64,000 nucleotides of DNA from an uncultured Synechococcaceae cyanobacterium (GCA_902537395.1 CACBBE010000002.1:3058-67057), one strand, 5' to 3'; positions 1 through 12,817 are shown, counted from the first letter of the stretch. Numbers and translations are program-made. The notes: generated from the sequence alone by a model not told the origin.

Positions 1-1
1 T

Positions 2-1147
2 GATTGTCTTAGAAAATTAGGTGTGAATATACCAGAAATAAAAAGAAATGAGCCTTTTACGATTTCAGGATTGGGTCTTGATGGATTAAAAGAGCCCAAA
101 GAAATTCTAAATTGTGGGAATTCAGGAACCACCATGAGATTATTAATGGGGTTACTTGCGGGTCAAGAAGGTAAGAATTTTATCTTAACAGGTGACATTT
201 CTCTTAATGAAAGGCCAATGGGGAGAGTGGGCAAGCCATTATCATTGATGGGTGGCAAAATTTTTGGTAGAGAAAAAGGAAACAAAGCTCCAATATCAAT
301 TAATGGGAATAAACTAAAAGGATGTGTTATTGGAACTCCTGTAGCGAGCGCTCAAGTAAAATCTGCAATCTTATTGGCAGGCCTCAAAGCTTCTGGAACT
401 ACTTCTGTTATTGAACCAGCATCTTCAAGAGATCATACTGAAAGAATGTTAAAAGCATTTGGAGCAGACATCAGTATCAGAGGAGAATTAGGAAGGAATG
501 TAGTTATTAAGTCAGGGAGAAACTTAATTGGCCAGAGAATATTAATTCCTGGGGACATAAGCTCTGCTTCTTTTTGGATGATTGCTGCATCTATTGTTCC
601 AAATTCAGAGGTTTTAATTCAGAATGTCGGTTTAAACCCCTCTAGAACAGGGATTTTAAGTGTAATGGATTCAATGGGATGCAATTATAAGATTTTAGAT
701 AAATCGACTATTGCAGGTGAACCTATTGGATCTATTAAAGTAAAGACTTCAAATAATTTGAGATCATTCACTATCGAAGGAAATATTCTCCCAAAACTTA
801 TAGATGAAATTCCTATCCTTACTGTTGCTGCCTGTTTTTGTAAGGGAGTTTCTGAAATTAAGGATGCACAAGAATTAAGAGTTAAGGAGACAGATCGATT
901 AAAAGTCATGGCACGGCAGTTACAAAAATTTGGTGCTGAAATAACAGAAAAAGAGGATGGGTTAATTATTCATGGGCAATCAAAATTTCATTCTGCGGAG
1001 GTAGACAGTGAGACAGATCATCGAGTAGCAATGAGTCTTGCTATTGCTTCACTTCTTGCCAAAGGTACCTCAAAAATCATGCGGGCTGATGCAGCTAGGG
1101 TCTCGTATCCCACTTTTTGGGAAGAGCTGGCCAAACTAACTAATTAA
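2..1147 (+). CDS. aroA: 3-phosphoshikimate 1-carboxyvinyltransferase (EPSP synthase), 5' end outside window
   Basis: Motifs [49 protein letters not shown]. The frame is open from position 2. Confidence 0.97.
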   Translation, partial: DCLRKLGVNIPEIKRNEPFTISGLGLDGLKEPKEILNCGNSGTTMRLLMGLLAGQEGKNFILTGDISLNERPMGRVGKPLSLMGGKIFGREKGNKAPISINGNKLKGCVIGTPVASAQVKSAILLAGLKASGTTSVIEPASSRDHTERMLKAFGADISIRGELGRNVVIKSGRNLIGQRILIPGDISSASFWMIAASIVPNSEVLIQNVGLNPSRTGILSVMDSMGCNYKILDKSTIAGEPIGSIKVKTSNNLRSFTIEGNILPKLIDEIPILTVAACFCKGVSEIKDAQELRVKETDRLKVMARQLQKFGAEITEKEDGLIIHGQSKFHSAEVDSETDHRVAMSLAIASLLAKGTSKIMRADAARVSYPTFWEELAKLTN

Positions 1148-1163
1148 CTAAGTTAAAAAGTTT

Positions 1164-2069
1164 TTGTCTGAATTAATAGAAGTTTTAACTAAAGATGGTA
1201 GTTACTCTTTAAGAAGTCTGTTTTTTCATGAGAACTTTCATAGTTTACTGGGCGCATTGGAGGAAACAAAGTTAAAGTTTACAGCTACTTCAAATTTGCA
1301 AAGATTTAAGGGTAAATCTCTTAATGTTTTGGATATATGTTTTGGTTTAGGATACAATTCCGCTTCTTTATTAAATGAATTAATTAAACAAAAATCGTAT
1401 TTAAATTTGTATGCATTGGAGATTGATAAAAAGCCTCTTGAATATTCGCTCAGAAATAAATCTTTCCTTAAATTGTGGGCTCCGAAAGTCAAAACAATAT
1501 TTGAATCACTATATCGAAAAGATTACTTTGAGGATCAATTTTTTAAATGCAGTGTTTTATGGGGTGATGCTAGAGAAAAAATCAACATTATTCCTTCATC
1601 TGTTAAATTCGATCTGATTTATTTAGATGGTTTTTCTCCTCAAAAATGCCCACAAGTATGGACAATTGATTTTTTATCTAAGGTCACAGAAAAACTTAAC
1701 TCTCAAGGCTATTTAATAACTTATTCTTCTTCAGCAGCGGTAAGAAAAACTTTAAGAGATCTTGGATTAGAAATTTTTACTATTAAGCCAAGTTTTAAAA
1801 ACAGAACTTTTTGGAGTCAGGGAACTGTCGCAATATCAAAATTTGATAAGTATGAATTAAAACCTAATTTCAATTTTGAAAAGTTATCTTTAATGGAAGA
1901 GGAACATCTATTAACTAAAGCTAGTATTCCATATAGAGATCAAGATTTAAAAACAAGTAAAGACGATATAATTAAAAGAAGATTAGACGAACAATTATTC
2001 TCAAATCTATTATCGACAAATAAATGGAGAAAGAAGTGGGGAATGACGAAGTTATCCATTAAGAGTTAG
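1164..2069 (+). CDS. MnmC/MnmD-like SAM-dependent tRNA mnm5s2U34 methyltransferase (methyltransferase domain only)
   Basis: TKDGSYSL, ENFHS, LDICFGLGYN (SAM motif), GDAR, YLDGFSPQKCPQVW; TTG start. Confidence 0.85.
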   Translation: MSELIEVLTKDGSYSLRSLFFHENFHSLLGALEETKLKFTATSNLQRFKGKSLNVLDICFGLGYNSASLLNELIKQKSYLNLYALEIDKKPLEYSLRNKSFLKLWAPKVKTIFESLYRKDYFEDQFFKCSVLWGDAREKINIIPSSVKFDLIYLDGFSPQKCPQVWTIDFLSKVTEKLNSQGYLITYSSSAAVRKTLRDLGLEIFTIKPSFKNRTFWSQGTVAISKFDKYELKPNFNFEKLSLMEEEHLLTKASIPYRDQDLKTSKDDIIKRRLDEQLFSNLLSTNKWRKKWGMTKLSIKS

Positions 2070-2094
2070 ATTGAAATAAGGATTTCAAATAAAC

Positions 2095-3444
2095 ATGTTA
2101 AGTGTTGCGATATTAGCGGCAGGCAAAGGCACAAGGATGGAAAGCTCATTGCCAAAAGTTTTACATAAAATTTCTGGCAAAAGTCTTCTTCAAAGAGTAA
2201 TTGATTCATGTGTCGAATTAAAACCTGATCAAATTTTCGTAATTACTGGACACAAATCAAAAGAAGTACAAAAATCAATCCCAAATGATAAAAAAATCCA
2301 TTTTGTTATTCAAGAACCTCAATCAGGAACAGGTCATGCTATCCAGGCACTTTGTAGAGAAGTAAAAAATCATGAAGGAAAACTTTTGGTACTTAATGGC
2401 GATGTGCCACTCATTAGGCCTAACACTCTAAACAGACTTTTGTTTTTACACGATTCAAAAAATGCCGATGTTTCTTTAATTACTACAAAGAAAACAAATC
2501 CTCATGGATATGGCAGGGTTTTTTTGAAGGGGGATTTTATAGATAGAATTGTTGAAGAAAAAGATTGCGATGATTTAGAAAGAGAAAATCCATTAATAAA
2601 TGCAGGTGTTTACTGTTTTAACTGGGGTAACTTATCAGAAATAATTAATACCTTGCAAAGTAATAATATTCAAAAAGAGATTTACTTAACAGATACAGTA
2701 TCTTTACTAAAAAATTCCTTAAGTCTAGAGGTAGATGATAACGGAGAGCTTCAAGGAATTAATAACAGAATTCAACTATCAGAATGTGAGGATATTTTTC
2801 AGAATTCAATTAAAGAAAAGCATATGCTTAAGGGTGTAACTTTTATAAATAAAGCAAGTTGTTCAATTAGTGAAGATGCTGAAATTGGTAGGGATGTAAT
2901 TATAGAGGCTAATACACATATAAGAGGAAATACCAAAATAGATAGTTATAGCATTATCGGACCAAATACTTTTATTGAGAATTCTAATGTGGGATTAAAT
3001 TGCGAAATTTCAAACTCTACTGTTTATGCTTCTCAGATTATGGATTATATAAAAATTGGCCCTTATAGTCATATAAGACCTAATTCCAAAATATCATCCT
3101 TTAGCAAAATAGGTAATTTTGTCGAAATCAAAAATAGTCAATTAGAGGAGGATTCTAAAGTAAACCATTTAAGTTATATTGGCGATTCAATTATTGGAAG
3201 ATCTACAAATATTGGAGCAGGTACTATTACCGCAAATTTTGATGGGCAGAAAAAACATCAAACAAAAATTGGTAAAAATTCCAGTATTGGTGCAAATACA
3301 GTTTTTGTAGCGCCAATAAATCTCGGGGAATCAGTTACAACTGGAGCTGGTTCAGTGATCACAAAAGATTCAAAAGATAATTCATTAGCAATCTCAAGAA
3401 CTAAGCAAATAAATATAGAAAATTGGGAAAGAAAGAAATCCTGA
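2095..3444 (+). CDS. glmU: Bifunctional UDP-GlcNAc pyrophosphorylase / glucosamine-1-phosphate acetyltransferase
   Basis: [19 protein letters not shown], hexapeptide repeats, [20 protein letters not shown]. Confidence 0.98.
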   Translation: MLSVAILAAGKGTRMESSLPKVLHKISGKSLLQRVIDSCVELKPDQIFVITGHKSKEVQKSIPNDKKIHFVIQEPQSGTGHAIQALCREVKNHEGKLLVLNGDVPLIRPNTLNRLLFLHDSKNADVSLITTKKTNPHGYGRVFLKGDFIDRIVEEKDCDDLERENPLINAGVYCFNWGNLSEIINTLQSNNIQKEIYLTDTVSLLKNSLSLEVDDNGELQGINNRIQLSECEDIFQNSIKEKHMLKGVTFINKASCSISEDAEIGRDVIIEANTHIRGNTKIDSYSIIGPNTFIENSNVGLNCEISNSTVYASQIMDYIKIGPYSHIRPNSKISSFSKIGNFVEIKNSQLEEDSKVNHLSYIGDSIIGRSTNIGAGTITANFDGQKKHQTKIGKNSSIGANTVFVAPINLGESVTTGAGSVITKDSKDNSLAISRTKQINIENWERKKS

Positions 3445-3445
3445 T

Positions 3446-4819
3446 CTAATTAATTAATTCAATAATTTTTTCAAGTTGCCAACATCTACTCCCTTTTATA
3501 AGAATAGAATCACCTTTTTTCGTAGATTTGTTTATCTCTTTAGGTATATTTTTAATATTGTTTAAAACTAAAAATTTTTTCTTATTTTTAAGATAATTGC
3601 TATAAATTTTTTCATTTTTTTTATCGCAAATAAATAAACATTTTTCTATGTCTGAATTATTTATTAAGTTGAATATTTCTTTATGATATTTTTCAGATTC
3701 TTTTCCCAGTTCTTGCATACTTCCAAATATGAAAAATTTATTTCTCGGTTTTTCAAGCAGGTTTTTAATACATGCTTTTACTGATTCTGGCGAAGCATTA
3801 TATGATTCATCATATATTGTTGTTTTTACTGATTTCAAAATTTTATTCCTTCCGCCTAAAATTGCAAAATCAAATTTATTAAAACTTGCAAAATCAATGC
3901 CTAGCTCTTTGGCAACTGCATAAGCAAATAAGAAATTCGAAGCATTGTGAAATCCCTCAAGTGAAATTTCAAAGATATTTTCTTCAATTAAAATTGTTTT
4001 ATTCGAAGAATTATAAAATCCTCGCAGATTATTATCTTTCTTGAAACTCTCCTTTTTATTTTCTATATTTAATAGTTTTACTTTTATAACTCTACCTTTC
4101 CAAACTTCTTTTAAAGTTTTTTCTAGGAATGGATCATTTGCTGGAATTATTATAACTCCTTCGGGCTTTAAATACTTACTAATTTCACACTTTGCATAAG
4201 TAATATTTTTTTTTGAACCTAACAATCCAATATGAGCTGTGCCAATGTTAGTAATAACTGCAATATCGGGTTCACTATATTTAGATAAATTCTCGATCTG
4301 TCCAAGACCTCTCATCCCCATCTCAAGAACTAAAGCTTTATCCTCTGTATCTGTAGCAAGAATAGTAAGACCAACTCCAATCTCATTATTGAAATTTGCA
4401 TGAGATAATTTAATACTTCCAAGTTTATTTAAAACTCCACCAATCATTTCTTTTGTTGTTGTTTTACCCACTGAACCAGTTATTGCGACAATAGGGATAT
4501 TTAATTTTTTTCTTTTTAGCAATGCTAATTTTTGAAATGCCTCTAATGTGTCATTTACAACCCAATAAGGAAAATTACTAGGAAGTAATCTCTGCATACC
4601 TTTTTTTATTACTACTGATTTAGCTCCTTTATCTAAAACATTTGGAAGAAAACTATGTCCATCAAAATTTCTACCCTCTATAGCTATAAAAAGATCATTT
4701 TTTAATAAAGTTCTACTATCAATACTTATATTTTTAAAATTTAAAAAATCTCTTTTTCCTTCGCTCAGATTTTTAATATCCCCCAAAACGTTGTTTAATT
4801 CTGATAAAGAGAATTCCAT
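3446..4819 (-). CDS. murF: UDP-MurNAc-tripeptide D-Ala-D-Ala ligase
   Basis: IDSR, FDGH, ITGSVGKTTTKE, NNEIG, LEMGM, DESYNASPES, KGSR. Confidence 0.96.
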   Translation of the reverse strand: MEFSLSELNNVLGDIKNLSEGKRDFLNFKNISIDSRTLLKNDLFIAIEGRNFDGHSFLPNVLDKGAKSVVIKKGMQRLLPSNFPYWVVNDTLEAFQKLALLKRKKLNIPIVAITGSVGKTTTKEMIGGVLNKLGSIKLSHANFNNEIGVGLTILATDTEDKALVLEMGMRGLGQIENLSKYSEPDIAVITNIGTAHIGLLGSKKNITYAKCEISKYLKPEGVIIIPANDPFLEKTLKEVWKGRVIKVKLLNIENKKESFKKDNNLRGFYNSSNKTILIEENIFEISLEGFHNASNFLFAYAVAKELGIDFASFNKFDFAILGGRNKILKSVKTTIYDESYNASPESVKACIKNLLEKPRNKFFIFGSMQELGKESEKYHKEIFNLINNSDIEKCLFICDKKNEKIYSNYLKNKKKFLVLNNIKNIPKEINKSTKKGDSILIKGSRCWQLEKIIELIN

Positions 4820-4830
4820 TAAAAATTAAG

Positions 4831-6282
4831 TCATACTTTTTTTAAAGATGGGTCAGCCGATTGTCCGTAAGAGAATTTTTCGACTTCAGCAAAATCTGGA
4901 GATGGTTCTTTTATTCCACAAACATCTTTATACATAATTTCGTATTCTAGAGCAGATCTTTGCCAACTAAACTCTTGGCTCATTGCTCTTTTTTGCAATA
5001 ATTCCCAACTATCTTTATGCCTAAAGGCCTCCCAAGACCTTACTAAAGATGTATAGAAATCTATAGGTTCAAAGCGATCGAAGCAAAAACCAGTGCCATT
5101 ATTATTTTCTGGATCATAAGGTAAAACTGTGTCAACTAAACCTCCTACTCTCCTTACTATTGGAATAGAACCATATCTCATGGCAAGTAGTTGACTAATG
5201 CCACAAGGTTCGAACCTACTTGGCATTAAAAATGCATCAGAGCCTCCATATATAAGTCTTGATAAAGAATCATCATAAGTAAGAAATACAGAAAATCTTC
5301 CTGGGTAATCTAATGCAAGTTGCCATAATCCTGACTCTAAATATCTATCCCCAGTCCCTAAAACAACTATTTGCGAATCTGTATATGCTAAAAGTCTTCT
5401 TGAAACTTGCAGAAGTAAGTCAACCCCTTTCTGATCAACCAACCTACTGACCATACCTAAAAGATATTTTTTGGGATTAACTTCGAGACCCATTTCTCTT
5501 TGCAGAATTTTTTTATTTTCTAGCCTATTTTCTAAACTCTTAATACTAAATTTAGCAGGTAAAACTGGGTCTTGGGCTGGATTCCATTCATCAAGATCTA
5601 TACCATTAAGAATTCCCCTTAATTTACCTGAAATGTAATTAAGTAATCCTTCAAGGCTTTCTCCATATTCATGGGTTTTAATTTCATCTGCATAAGTCGG
5701 AGAAACAGCATTGACCCTATCTGCATATAACATTGCCGCTGCCATTGTATGGTCTCCATGCATATACCAAGGACACCAAGTCATTTTTTCTAGTTTCCAT
5801 CTCCAGGGGCCTTGGTATTTTAAATTATGAATTGTGAAGACAGTACTAATTTCGGGGTCCTGATGCATCCACACAGGGATCATGCCAGTGTGCCAATCAT
5901 GGCAATGGAGAACTTGAGGTTTCCAACAATTCCAGGCAAATTCTGCAGTGGCACTTGCAAAAAATGTAAAGCGCCAGTCCTCATTTTCGCCTCCGTATAT
6001 TTGGTCAGAGTCAAATGTTGGATGGCCCACTAGGTAAATCACATAATTATGAATGGGATGTTTTGCTTCATATACGGCGAAATCAGTACCCATTGTATTT
6101 GCTCTAAAGACTGGTTCATTAGATACCTCTAAAAGACTCCACAACTTTCCATATCCTGGAATTATTACTCTTACATCGTGACCAAGTTTTATCAAAGATG
6201 GAGGTAACGAACCAACCACATCTCCCATACCTCCAACTTTGATCATTGGAGCACATTCAGCAGCGGCAAGAAGAATTCTCAT
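4831..6282 (-). CDS. glgA: Glycogen synthase
   Basis: [34 protein letters not shown]. Confidence 0.98.
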   Translation of the reverse strand: MRILLAAAECAPMIKVGGMGDVVGSLPPSLIKLGHDVRVIIPGYGKLWSLLEVSNEPVFRANTMGTDFAVYEAKHPIHNYVIYLVGHPTFDSDQIYGGENEDWRFTFFASATAEFAWNCWKPQVLHCHDWHTGMIPVWMHQDPEISTVFTIHNLKYQGPWRWKLEKMTWCPWYMHGDHTMAAAMLYADRVNAVSPTYADEIKTHEYGESLEGLLNYISGKLRGILNGIDLDEWNPAQDPVLPAKFSIKSLENRLENKKILQREMGLEVNPKKYLLGMVSRLVDQKGVDLLLQVSRRLLAYTDSQIVVLGTGDRYLESGLWQLALDYPGRFSVFLTYDDSLSRLIYGGSDAFLMPSRFEPCGISQLLAMRYGSIPIVRRVGGLVDTVLPYDPENNNGTGFCFDRFEPIDFYTSLVRSWEAFRHKDSWELLQKRAMSQEFSWQRSALEYEIMYKDVCGIKEPSPDFAEVEKFSYGQSADPSLKKV

Positions 6283-6317
6283 TGATAATTATTTAAAAAG
6301 TTCTTTTGAAAAATAAA

Positions 6318-7175
6318 CTAGGGTGTCCAATTATATTCAGAAAAATCTGGTGGACGCTTTTCAAGAAAGGCATTTCTACCTTCTTGAGCTTCTTCAGTCG
6401 AATAGAATAATTGAGTTGTGTATCCAGATAATTCTTGAATACCCGCAATCCCATCATTCTCCGCATTGAATGAAGCTTTAAGAATACGAATAGCAGTTGG
6501 ACTATTTCGTAAAATCTCTCTTGCCCAGATTACACCCTCAGCTTCTAATTCTTCAATCTTTGTAATTGCATTTATCAAGCCCATCTTAAGAGCTTCCTTG
6601 GAATTATATTTTCTACATAAAAACCAAATTTCTTTTGCTTTTCTTTGACCAACAAGTCTTGCTAAATAACTAGATCCAAAACCAGCATCAAAACTACCAA
6701 CTCTAGGACCTGTTTGACCAAATATTGCATTTTCGGAGGCGATACTGAGATCACAAATTAAATGAAGTACCTGGCCTCCTCCAATTGCAAAACCTGGAAC
6801 TAAGGCAATAACCACTTTAGGCAAACTTCTTATTAATCTTTGAAGTTCAAGTACATTTAATCTCTGCTTCCCTTCATCATTTTTATATCCATTTTCACCT
6901 CTTACACTCTGATCACCTCCAGAGCAAAAAGAATGAATACCTTTCTTGTCAGGTCCCGCACCTGTAAAGAGAACTACGCCTATAGTTTCATCATTTCTTA
7001 CGATATTAAATGCATTAATGAGTTCATCTACAGTTTGCGGCCTAAATGCATTTCTTTTTTCAGGCCGATTAATTGCAATTCTCGCAATACCCTCATCTGA
7101 TTTGTGAAACAAAATATCCTCATAAGATTTGCATTCTGACCAATTTAAAATTGTTTTACCAGGTAATACTTTCAT
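6318..7175 (-). CDS. menB: 1,4-dihydroxy-2-naphthoyl-CoA synthase
   Basis: [31 protein letters not shown]; adjacent to menD. Confidence 0.97.
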   Translation of the reverse strand: MKVLPGKTILNWSECKSYEDILFHKSDEGIARIAINRPEKRNAFRPQTVDELINAFNIVRNDETIGVVLFTGAGPDKKGIHSFCSGGDQSVRGENGYKNDEGKQRLNVLELQRLIRSLPKVVIALVPGFAIGGGQVLHLICDLSIASENAIFGQTGPRVGSFDAGFGSSYLARLVGQRKAKEIWFLCRKYNSKEALKMGLINAITKIEELEAEGVIWAREILRNSPTAIRILKASFNAENDGIAGIQELSGYTTQLFYSTEEAQEGRNAFLEKRPPDFSEYNWTP

Positions 7176-7209
7176 GAAACCTAATTATTTAAGATAGAAA
7201 ATGATAAAT

Positions 7210-8973
7210 TTAACTGCCAATTATTTTTTCTAGCAGGGCATTTTTTTCACAAATTTCATTTTCTGGATCAATATCAACCTTAATTATTACAGATTTCTGG
7301 ATAGAAATGCTCCAATTGAATGCCTCTCGTAATTTTTTAAAATTTGCCACATTTCTAAAGCTTACTTGATAACCCTCTGCGAGTTTTGACCAGTTTATTT
7401 CTTTTGGCATAAGAAAAAGTTTTTTTAATTCATCTTCTTTTAAATTTTCTTTATAAATACGATTAAATATATTTCCGCCATTATTATTTATCAAAAGAAT
7501 TGTTAAATTCAAATCGATGGAATTTTCAATAAGCCAACCGTTTATATCATGAATAAAAGCTAAATCTCCAGTCACAAGAAGTAGAGGATTTTTAATTCTA
7601 GAAATGCCTAATGCAAGCGATAAAGTACCGTCTATGCCCGAAGCCCCCCTAAAGCTGAAACAATTTCTTGTTAAAGTACCATTTTCAGAAAATGTAAGCC
7701 AATCTCTAATAGGGCTACTCGCGGAGAGCATTATAGGATTTTCAGCTGGCCAAATTTTTGGAACAAGATTTGCAAGCATGTACTCAGTAATCTGATTATC
7801 TTGATTAATTTTCTCTTTCAAAATTACTTTAATCTGCTCGCCTTCCTCTATTAGATTTAGAGCCATCGGAGTAAGAGACTTTTTGTTTTTTTCGTTAATT
7901 GATAATTCTTCAAACAATAGAGTAGTAAAATTTGACAACCCAAAATCATATTCAAATGATTTTTTTATAGGGTCCAATTTTCTATGGTTTTTTTCTTTTA
8001 TAAGAATTTGTATCCCTTCGAATGTTGTTAAAAACTTCTCTAAATCAATTGAGGATGACATAGGACCAAGCCTCAAAAGTTGATGGCATTTAATTGAATT
8101 ATTATTTTTTCTTAAAACTAATTCCCAATTCAAAACTAATCCTCTCAAATCAGAATAAACGCCTGAAACAGGATCAGCAAATACTGGCCAACCAGTTATA
8201 TCTTGTAATTGTTCTAAAGATTTATTGAAAGAAGTTAGATCATTTATGGAACCTTGATATGGACCTACCAAAATAATGCCGGATTCATCTAAATTTAAAC
8301 TTTTTGAAATTTCTAATAATTTGTTTTTATCAGACTTTATTTCAACTTCCTGAAATATATATTTTTTCTTTAAATAAATTCTCCCAAAAACCTCTAAAAC
8401 ATTTTTTTTATTCAAAGATGAAATATTCAAAGGCTTATCAATAGGAATATTTAAATGAAGAGGTCCAGGGAAGGTTAATATTTGTTTCTCAGTAATTTGA
8501 ACTAAATTTAAGATTTCATTTTCTTGTGTTTTATGAAGTCCATTTAGATTTGTGCTTAAAACTCTCCTACAGACTGAACTCAAAAAATCTTCTTGATTTA
8601 CTGTTTGATTAGCGCCACAATCTTTTAATCTTAAGGGCCTATCAGCAGTAAGAAATATAATACCTTTACAAGATCGGTCAGCCTCAACTGCTGCTGGCAA
8701 TAAGTTACTTACGGCAGTCCCAGAAGTTGTAATAACTAGAGAAAGATTACCTGATGCAGCAGAAATCCCAAGAGAGTGGAATCCCGCAGATCTCTCATCT
8801 ATTGAATTAAAAATATTTACCAGTCCTAATTTATTTAATTCTCCAGCAGCTATAGCAAGAGGTGCTGATCTACTACCTGGACATAGTATTAAATTTTGAA
8901 CTCCAATTTTAATAAGGAGATTTAAAAGTTGTAAACTTCTAAGAAAATTTTTGCATTCAATAGATGATGTCAT
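7210..8973 (-). CDS. menD: SEPHCHC synthase
   Basis: [45 protein letters not shown] (ThDP motif). Confidence 0.96.
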   Translation of the reverse strand: MTSSIECKNFLRSLQLLNLLIKIGVQNLILCPGSRSAPLAIAAGELNKLGLVNIFNSIDERSAGFHSLGISAASGNLSLVITTSGTAVSNLLPAAVEADRSCKGIIFLTADRPLRLKDCGANQTVNQEDFLSSVCRRVLSTNLNGLHKTQENEILNLVQITEKQILTFPGPLHLNIPIDKPLNISSLNKKNVLEVFGRIYLKKKYIFQEVEIKSDKNKLLEISKSLNLDESGIILVGPYQGSINDLTSFNKSLEQLQDITGWPVFADPVSGVYSDLRGLVLNWELVLRKNNNSIKCHQLLRLGPMSSSIDLEKFLTTFEGIQILIKEKNHRKLDPIKKSFEYDFGLSNFTTLLFEELSINEKNKKSLTPMALNLIEEGEQIKVILKEKINQDNQITEYMLANLVPKIWPAENPIMLSASSPIRDWLTFSENGTLTRNCFSFRGASGIDGTLSLALGISRIKNPLLLVTGDLAFIHDINGWLIENSIDLNLTILLINNNGGNIFNRIYKENLKEDELKKLFLMPKEINWSKLAEGYQVSFRNVANFKKLREAFNWSISIQKSVIIKVDIDPENEICEKNALLEKIIGS

Positions 8974-9023
8974 AATTTATATAAATGCTTTGGGATTTTC
9001 CTTATAACTGAATTAAATTAAAC

Positions 9024-9608
9024 ATGTCTAAAACTCAAGAAAAAAGAAATTCAATACTAAAGGATTTAAAAAACCTTTTAATCTGGATATCTATAGCTTT
9101 AATTATACGATGGCAGGTTATAGAGCCAAGATGGATCCCATCCAGTTCAATGCTTCCGACTCTTCAAATACAAGATAAAATTCTTATTGAGAAGGTGACC
9201 CCCAAAATCACTTCCAAATCAAATCTTTCAAAATTAAGAAATAAAATAGTTGTTTTTAACGTTCCAGAACAATTAATTAATGCTGGTTATGAAGCAGATA
9301 CTGCACTTATAAAAAGAGTAATTGGAATACCTGGAGACAAAGTAGAAGTAAGAGACGGTAAACTTTACTTAAATGATATCGCTCAAAAAAATTACTTTTT
9401 TGACAAAAATATTAACTATTCTACAGGGCCTTTTATTGTCCCAAAAGAGTCATTATGGGTGATGGGAGATAATAGAAATAACAGTATGGACTCACATATT
9501 TGGGGATTTTTACCCTATGAAAAGGTTATTGGTAAAGCTATTTTTAGATATTGGCCGTTTAATAAAATTGGACCTATTCGGTTCCCTGCCCTTAATAATT
9601 TAGATTAA
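9024..9608 (+). CDS. lepB: Signal peptidase I
   Basis: N-terminal TM helix, IPSSSMLPTL (catalytic Ser), IKRVIG (catalytic Lys), GDNRNNSMDS. Confidence 0.95.
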   Translation: MSKTQEKRNSILKDLKNLLIWISIALIIRWQVIEPRWIPSSSMLPTLQIQDKILIEKVTPKITSKSNLSKLRNKIVVFNVPEQLINAGYEADTALIKRVIGIPGDKVEVRDGKLYLNDIAQKNYFFDKNINYSTGPFIVPKESLWVMGDNRNNSMDSHIWGFLPYEKVIGKAIFRYWPFNKIGPIRFPALNNLD

Positions 9609-9653
9609 TGGGTACATGATGTTGTAGGGTTTTTATATCTTGAAGTTGTAGAA

Positions 9654-9989
9654 ATGTTTAATCCAGAATTTCTTGCTACTGAAAATAATGATCCAAACGA
9701 TGAGAATGATTTAATCCAATATTTACAAAAACAATCTCCAGAAGTTTTGCAAAGAGTAGCAAAATCAGCTAGTGAAGATATTCAAGAAATTATTAGACAT
9801 AATGTTCAAGGTCTTCTTGGAATGCTTCCCTCAGATCAATTTGATGTAAAGATAACATCTTCAAAAGACAATATTGCTAATTTATTATCTTCTGCAATGA
9901 TGACAGGATATTTCTTAAGACAAATGGAGCAAAGAAAAGAGTTGGAACAAACTCTTAAAAATGATGAAAACATGTCTATTGAAGAATAA
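9654..9989 (+). CDS. DUF760 family protein
   Basis: LIQYLQ..PE, HNVQGLLG.LP..F.V.I, LLSSAMMTGYFLRQMEQR. Confidence 0.85.
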   Translation: MFNPEFLATENNDPNDENDLIQYLQKQSPEVLQRVAKSASEDIQEIIRHNVQGLLGMLPSDQFDVKITSSKDNIANLLSSAMMTGYFLRQMEQRKELEQTLKNDENMSIEE

Positions 9990-9995
9990 TAGTTT

Positions 9996-11168
9996 TTAAA
10001 GATTTACTTCTTCAGGAATTATTCCTAGTTCAAACAACTTTTTATATAAACCCATCAAAAATTTATTATCCTCAGCAAGTTTGTCCCACTTTTGGGAATT
10101 AATTTCATTAATTAATTTTTGACAATCTTCTATCGTAAATTTTATAGGGGCCGTAAAATGAGCTGGAATTAAATATTCCATATCTTCAAAAGACTTGATA
10201 TTTTCTAACCAATTAAGTAAAACTTCTTTTGAACGCGGAAAAATTAATTTCTGTAAAACTGGTGCAATTTGAATCTTAGGAGTATCTTCACCCATTATTT
10301 CAACAAGAGAGGATTCCCAATCTTTGTCCCATAAAAAGGGATAAATACCGAAATGAGATCTCCAATTTCTAAGATCTTTTTTGAATGCATACTTAAATAT
10401 TTTTTTTAAAGGTGGAATATTTAATTTATCTGGTTTCAAAAAAGATGAAAATAAGACTAACCTTTTCCATCCTTTTTTTCTACGTTCGATAGAGTCAATC
10501 AAAGCTTCATCTCCTCTCTCTCTAGAATGAAAAAGAAGTGGAGTTGGATCAAAATTAAATATCTCAGGTGGAGTGGAGTCTATTCCAACTATTGCGTCTG
10601 TCACATGAAGAGTTTTCGTAGGATAATGGAAACAGCTTATCTCCTGATATCTGCCAAGTCCTAAATTCAGAGGGCCTAATGAAGACCATTTAAAGTAGTT
10701 TGTATGTGGAGTACCTTCCTCGAACAGTATTCTTGATCTTTTTGATGGAATTCCTAAGAAATCTAGTGGTAGATTTATGGGGAAACTCCATTGTCCAGGA
10801 CAAAGCCAAATTTCTGCATCTTTAAAAATTCTTGAAAGAGCTGGCAGTCCGATTTTATGTTCTAGTCCAGAGGCACTCGGTAGAATTATTGTTTTAACTT
10901 TGCCATGAATCGCAATTAATTTTTCTAACTCATTTATTAATTCTTTTGTCGGAGGCAGTGGATTTATTAGCATCAATCCATTATCAACCTTAATTACCGT
11001 CATTCTTATTGGAACCGCAACATAATAAAGCCCCTGTATTTGTTCTAAGGACCATATTTGATCAGGGATTAATTCTTTTAAAATTGTATTCTTTTTTCCA
11101 TAAGGATATAAGGGGAATAATGGCCACCAATTCCACTTTTTATTTAAAGTTTCATCCACCACTATCAT
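9996..11168 (-). CDS. DUF4336 family protein (metallo-beta-lactamase-like)
   Basis: WNWWPLFPLYPYG, PIRMTVIK, GLEHK, IPAHF. Confidence 0.8.
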   Translation of the reverse strand: MIVVDETLNKKWNWWPLFPLYPYGKKNTILKELIPDQIWSLEQIQGLYYVAVPIRMTVIKVDNGLMLINPLPPTKELINELEKLIAIHGKVKTIILPSASGLEHKIGLPALSRIFKDAEIWLCPGQWSFPINLPLDFLGIPSKRSRILFEEGTPHTNYFKWSSLGPLNLGLGRYQEISCFHYPTKTLHVTDAIVGIDSTPPEIFNFDPTPLLFHSRERGDEALIDSIERRKKGWKRLVLFSSFLKPDKLNIPPLKKIFKYAFKKDLRNWRSHFGIYPFLWDKDWESSLVEIMGEDTPKIQIAPVLQKLIFPRSKEVLLNWLENIKSFEDMEYLIPAHFTAPIKFTIEDCQKLINEINSQKWDKLAEDNKFLMGLYKKLFELGIIPEEVNL

Positions 11169-12037
11169 TTATACCCAGCAAATAATTTCTTTAACTTAAA
11201 TATTCCGTATCTTGGAGCGAATAAAAAAGCAAATAAAAATATAAAAGTTTGAGCCAAGACAATTGATCCACCTGTTTCAAGATCAAACCAAAAACTAACA
11301 TAGATTCCTATAAGGCTTGAGATAATTGCACTTAATACTGAAATTACTGTCATATTATCAAACTTATCCGTAAGTAAATATGCTGTAGCCCCTGGTGTAA
11401 TCAACATTGCAACTACCAAAATAATTCCAACAGACTGCAAGCCCACAACAGCTGCCAAAGATAAGCATGTAAGGAGTAAATAATGAAGAAAAAATACATT
11501 AATCCCAACTGTTTTTGCATGCCTAGGATCAAAACAATAAAGCATTAAATCTTTTCTAAAAATTAATAAAAGGATTACTACTAATAAAGAAATGAATATA
11601 GTTTGTTTAACATCTGAAAGTGATATTCCTAATGGGCTACCAAAAAGAATAGAGTGCAGATCAATATTACTTTTAATCTTAGAAACCAATACGATTCCAA
11701 GAGCAAAAAATCCAGTAAATACCAACCCAATAACAGTATCTTCCTTAACTCTAGATTTCTGCTTAATAAACCCTATCAATGCTACAGAACCAACTCCGAA
11801 AATAAATGCCCCTAATGAGAAAGGAAGACCTAATGCATAAGCAACCACAACACCAGGCATTACTGAATGTGACACTGCATCTCCCATTAAAGCCCATCCT
11901 TTAAGAGTCAAATAACTTGATAGAAAACCACAAACAGCTGCAACTAATGAACTCATAAGAAGTGCTTTTCTCATAAAGTCATGAGTTAAAGGATCTGTGA
12001 TAAATGAATCTAAAGTTAAAAAAGAACAGAGCTCCAT
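11165..12037 (-). CDS. mntB: Mn/Zn/Fe ABC transporter permease
   Basis: GDAVSHSVMPG, multiple TM helices; operon with ATPase and binding protein. Confidence 0.88.
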   Translation of the reverse strand: MELCSFLTLDSFITDPLTHDFMRKALLMSSLVAAVCGFLSSYLTLKGWALMGDAVSHSVMPGVVVAYALGLPFSLGAFIFGVGSVALIGFIKQKSRVKEDTVIGLVFTGFFALGIVLVSKIKSNIDLHSILFGSPLGISLSDVKQTIFISLLVVILLLIFRKDLMLYCFDPRHAKTVGINVFFLHYLLLTCLSLAAVVGLQSVGIILVVAMLITPGATAYLLTDKFDNMTVISVLSAIISSLIGIYVSFWFDLETGGSIVLAQTFIFLFAFLFAPRYGIFKLKKLFAGYK

Positions 12038-12049
12038 ATAAATTTAAAT

Positions 12050-12814
12050 TTAGGATTCAGGTCCAAACAAGAAATCAGGTGAGATCCCTCCAAAAGTGGT
12101 TGTAATATTTTCAGGAGTAAACACTTCAGAGGTTTCGCCATAAGCTACAACCGTTTTATTTATTAAAAGAACCAAATCACAAAATTCACGGACATGAATC
12201 ATATCGTGAGTTGATAATAATATGGTTTTCCCTTCATTTTTAAATTGAATAAATAATTCCGAGATAAGTTTCTCAGTTCTTATATCAACACCTGAAAAAG
12301 GCTCATCAAGAAGTAATATTGATGCTCTTTGCGCAATTGCTCTAGCTAAAAAAGTTCGCTTTCTCTGACCACCAGATAAGTTTCCAATAGGTGTAGATAA
12401 ATGTTCAGTAAGATCAACTCTCTCTATAGCATCTTTAACAGCCTGAACATCAGACTCTCTAGGACACCTAAAAATATTCATCGAACCATATCTTCCCATC
12501 ATCACTACATCCCAAACATTTATTGGAAATTGACTATCAATTCCCTCATTTTGAGGAACATAAGCAATTGTCTGATCTTTTTGAGCAGATCTTACTGACT
12601 CTCCATTTATTCTAATTTTTCCCTTTGAAATATTTACAAAGCCAGTTAAAGCGTTAAAAAAAGTTGTTTTACCAGCCCCGTTCATTCCTACTAACCCACA
12701 AATCTGACCAGGTTTCAATCTTAAATTGGCATCATACAAAGCCACCTTACCGTTGTAATCTACGCAAATATTCTCTGCCTCAATCCTAAAGTTTTGATAA
12801 TTGATTGTTTCCAT
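12050..12814 (-). CDS. mntA: Mn/Zn/Fe ABC transporter ATP-binding protein
   Basis: GMNGAGKT, YVPQ, LSGGQ, LLLDEPF, STHD. Confidence 0.88.
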   Translation of the reverse strand: METINYQNFRIEAENICVDYNGKVALYDANLRLKPGQICGLVGMNGAGKTTFFNALTGFVNISKGKIRINGESVRSAQKDQTIAYVPQNEGIDSQFPINVWDVVMMGRYGSMNIFRCPRESDVQAVKDAIERVDLTEHLSTPIGNLSGGQRKRTFLARAIAQRASILLLDEPFSGVDIRTEKLISELFIQFKNEGKTILLSTHDMIHVREFCDLVLLINKTVVAYGETSEVFTPENITTTFGGISPDFLFGPES

Positions 12815-12817
12815 AAT

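Noticed and set aside
9135-9165. LepB box reads PSSSM rather than PSGSM
   Set aside because: That position varies in the family, and the catalytic Ser and Lys are present.
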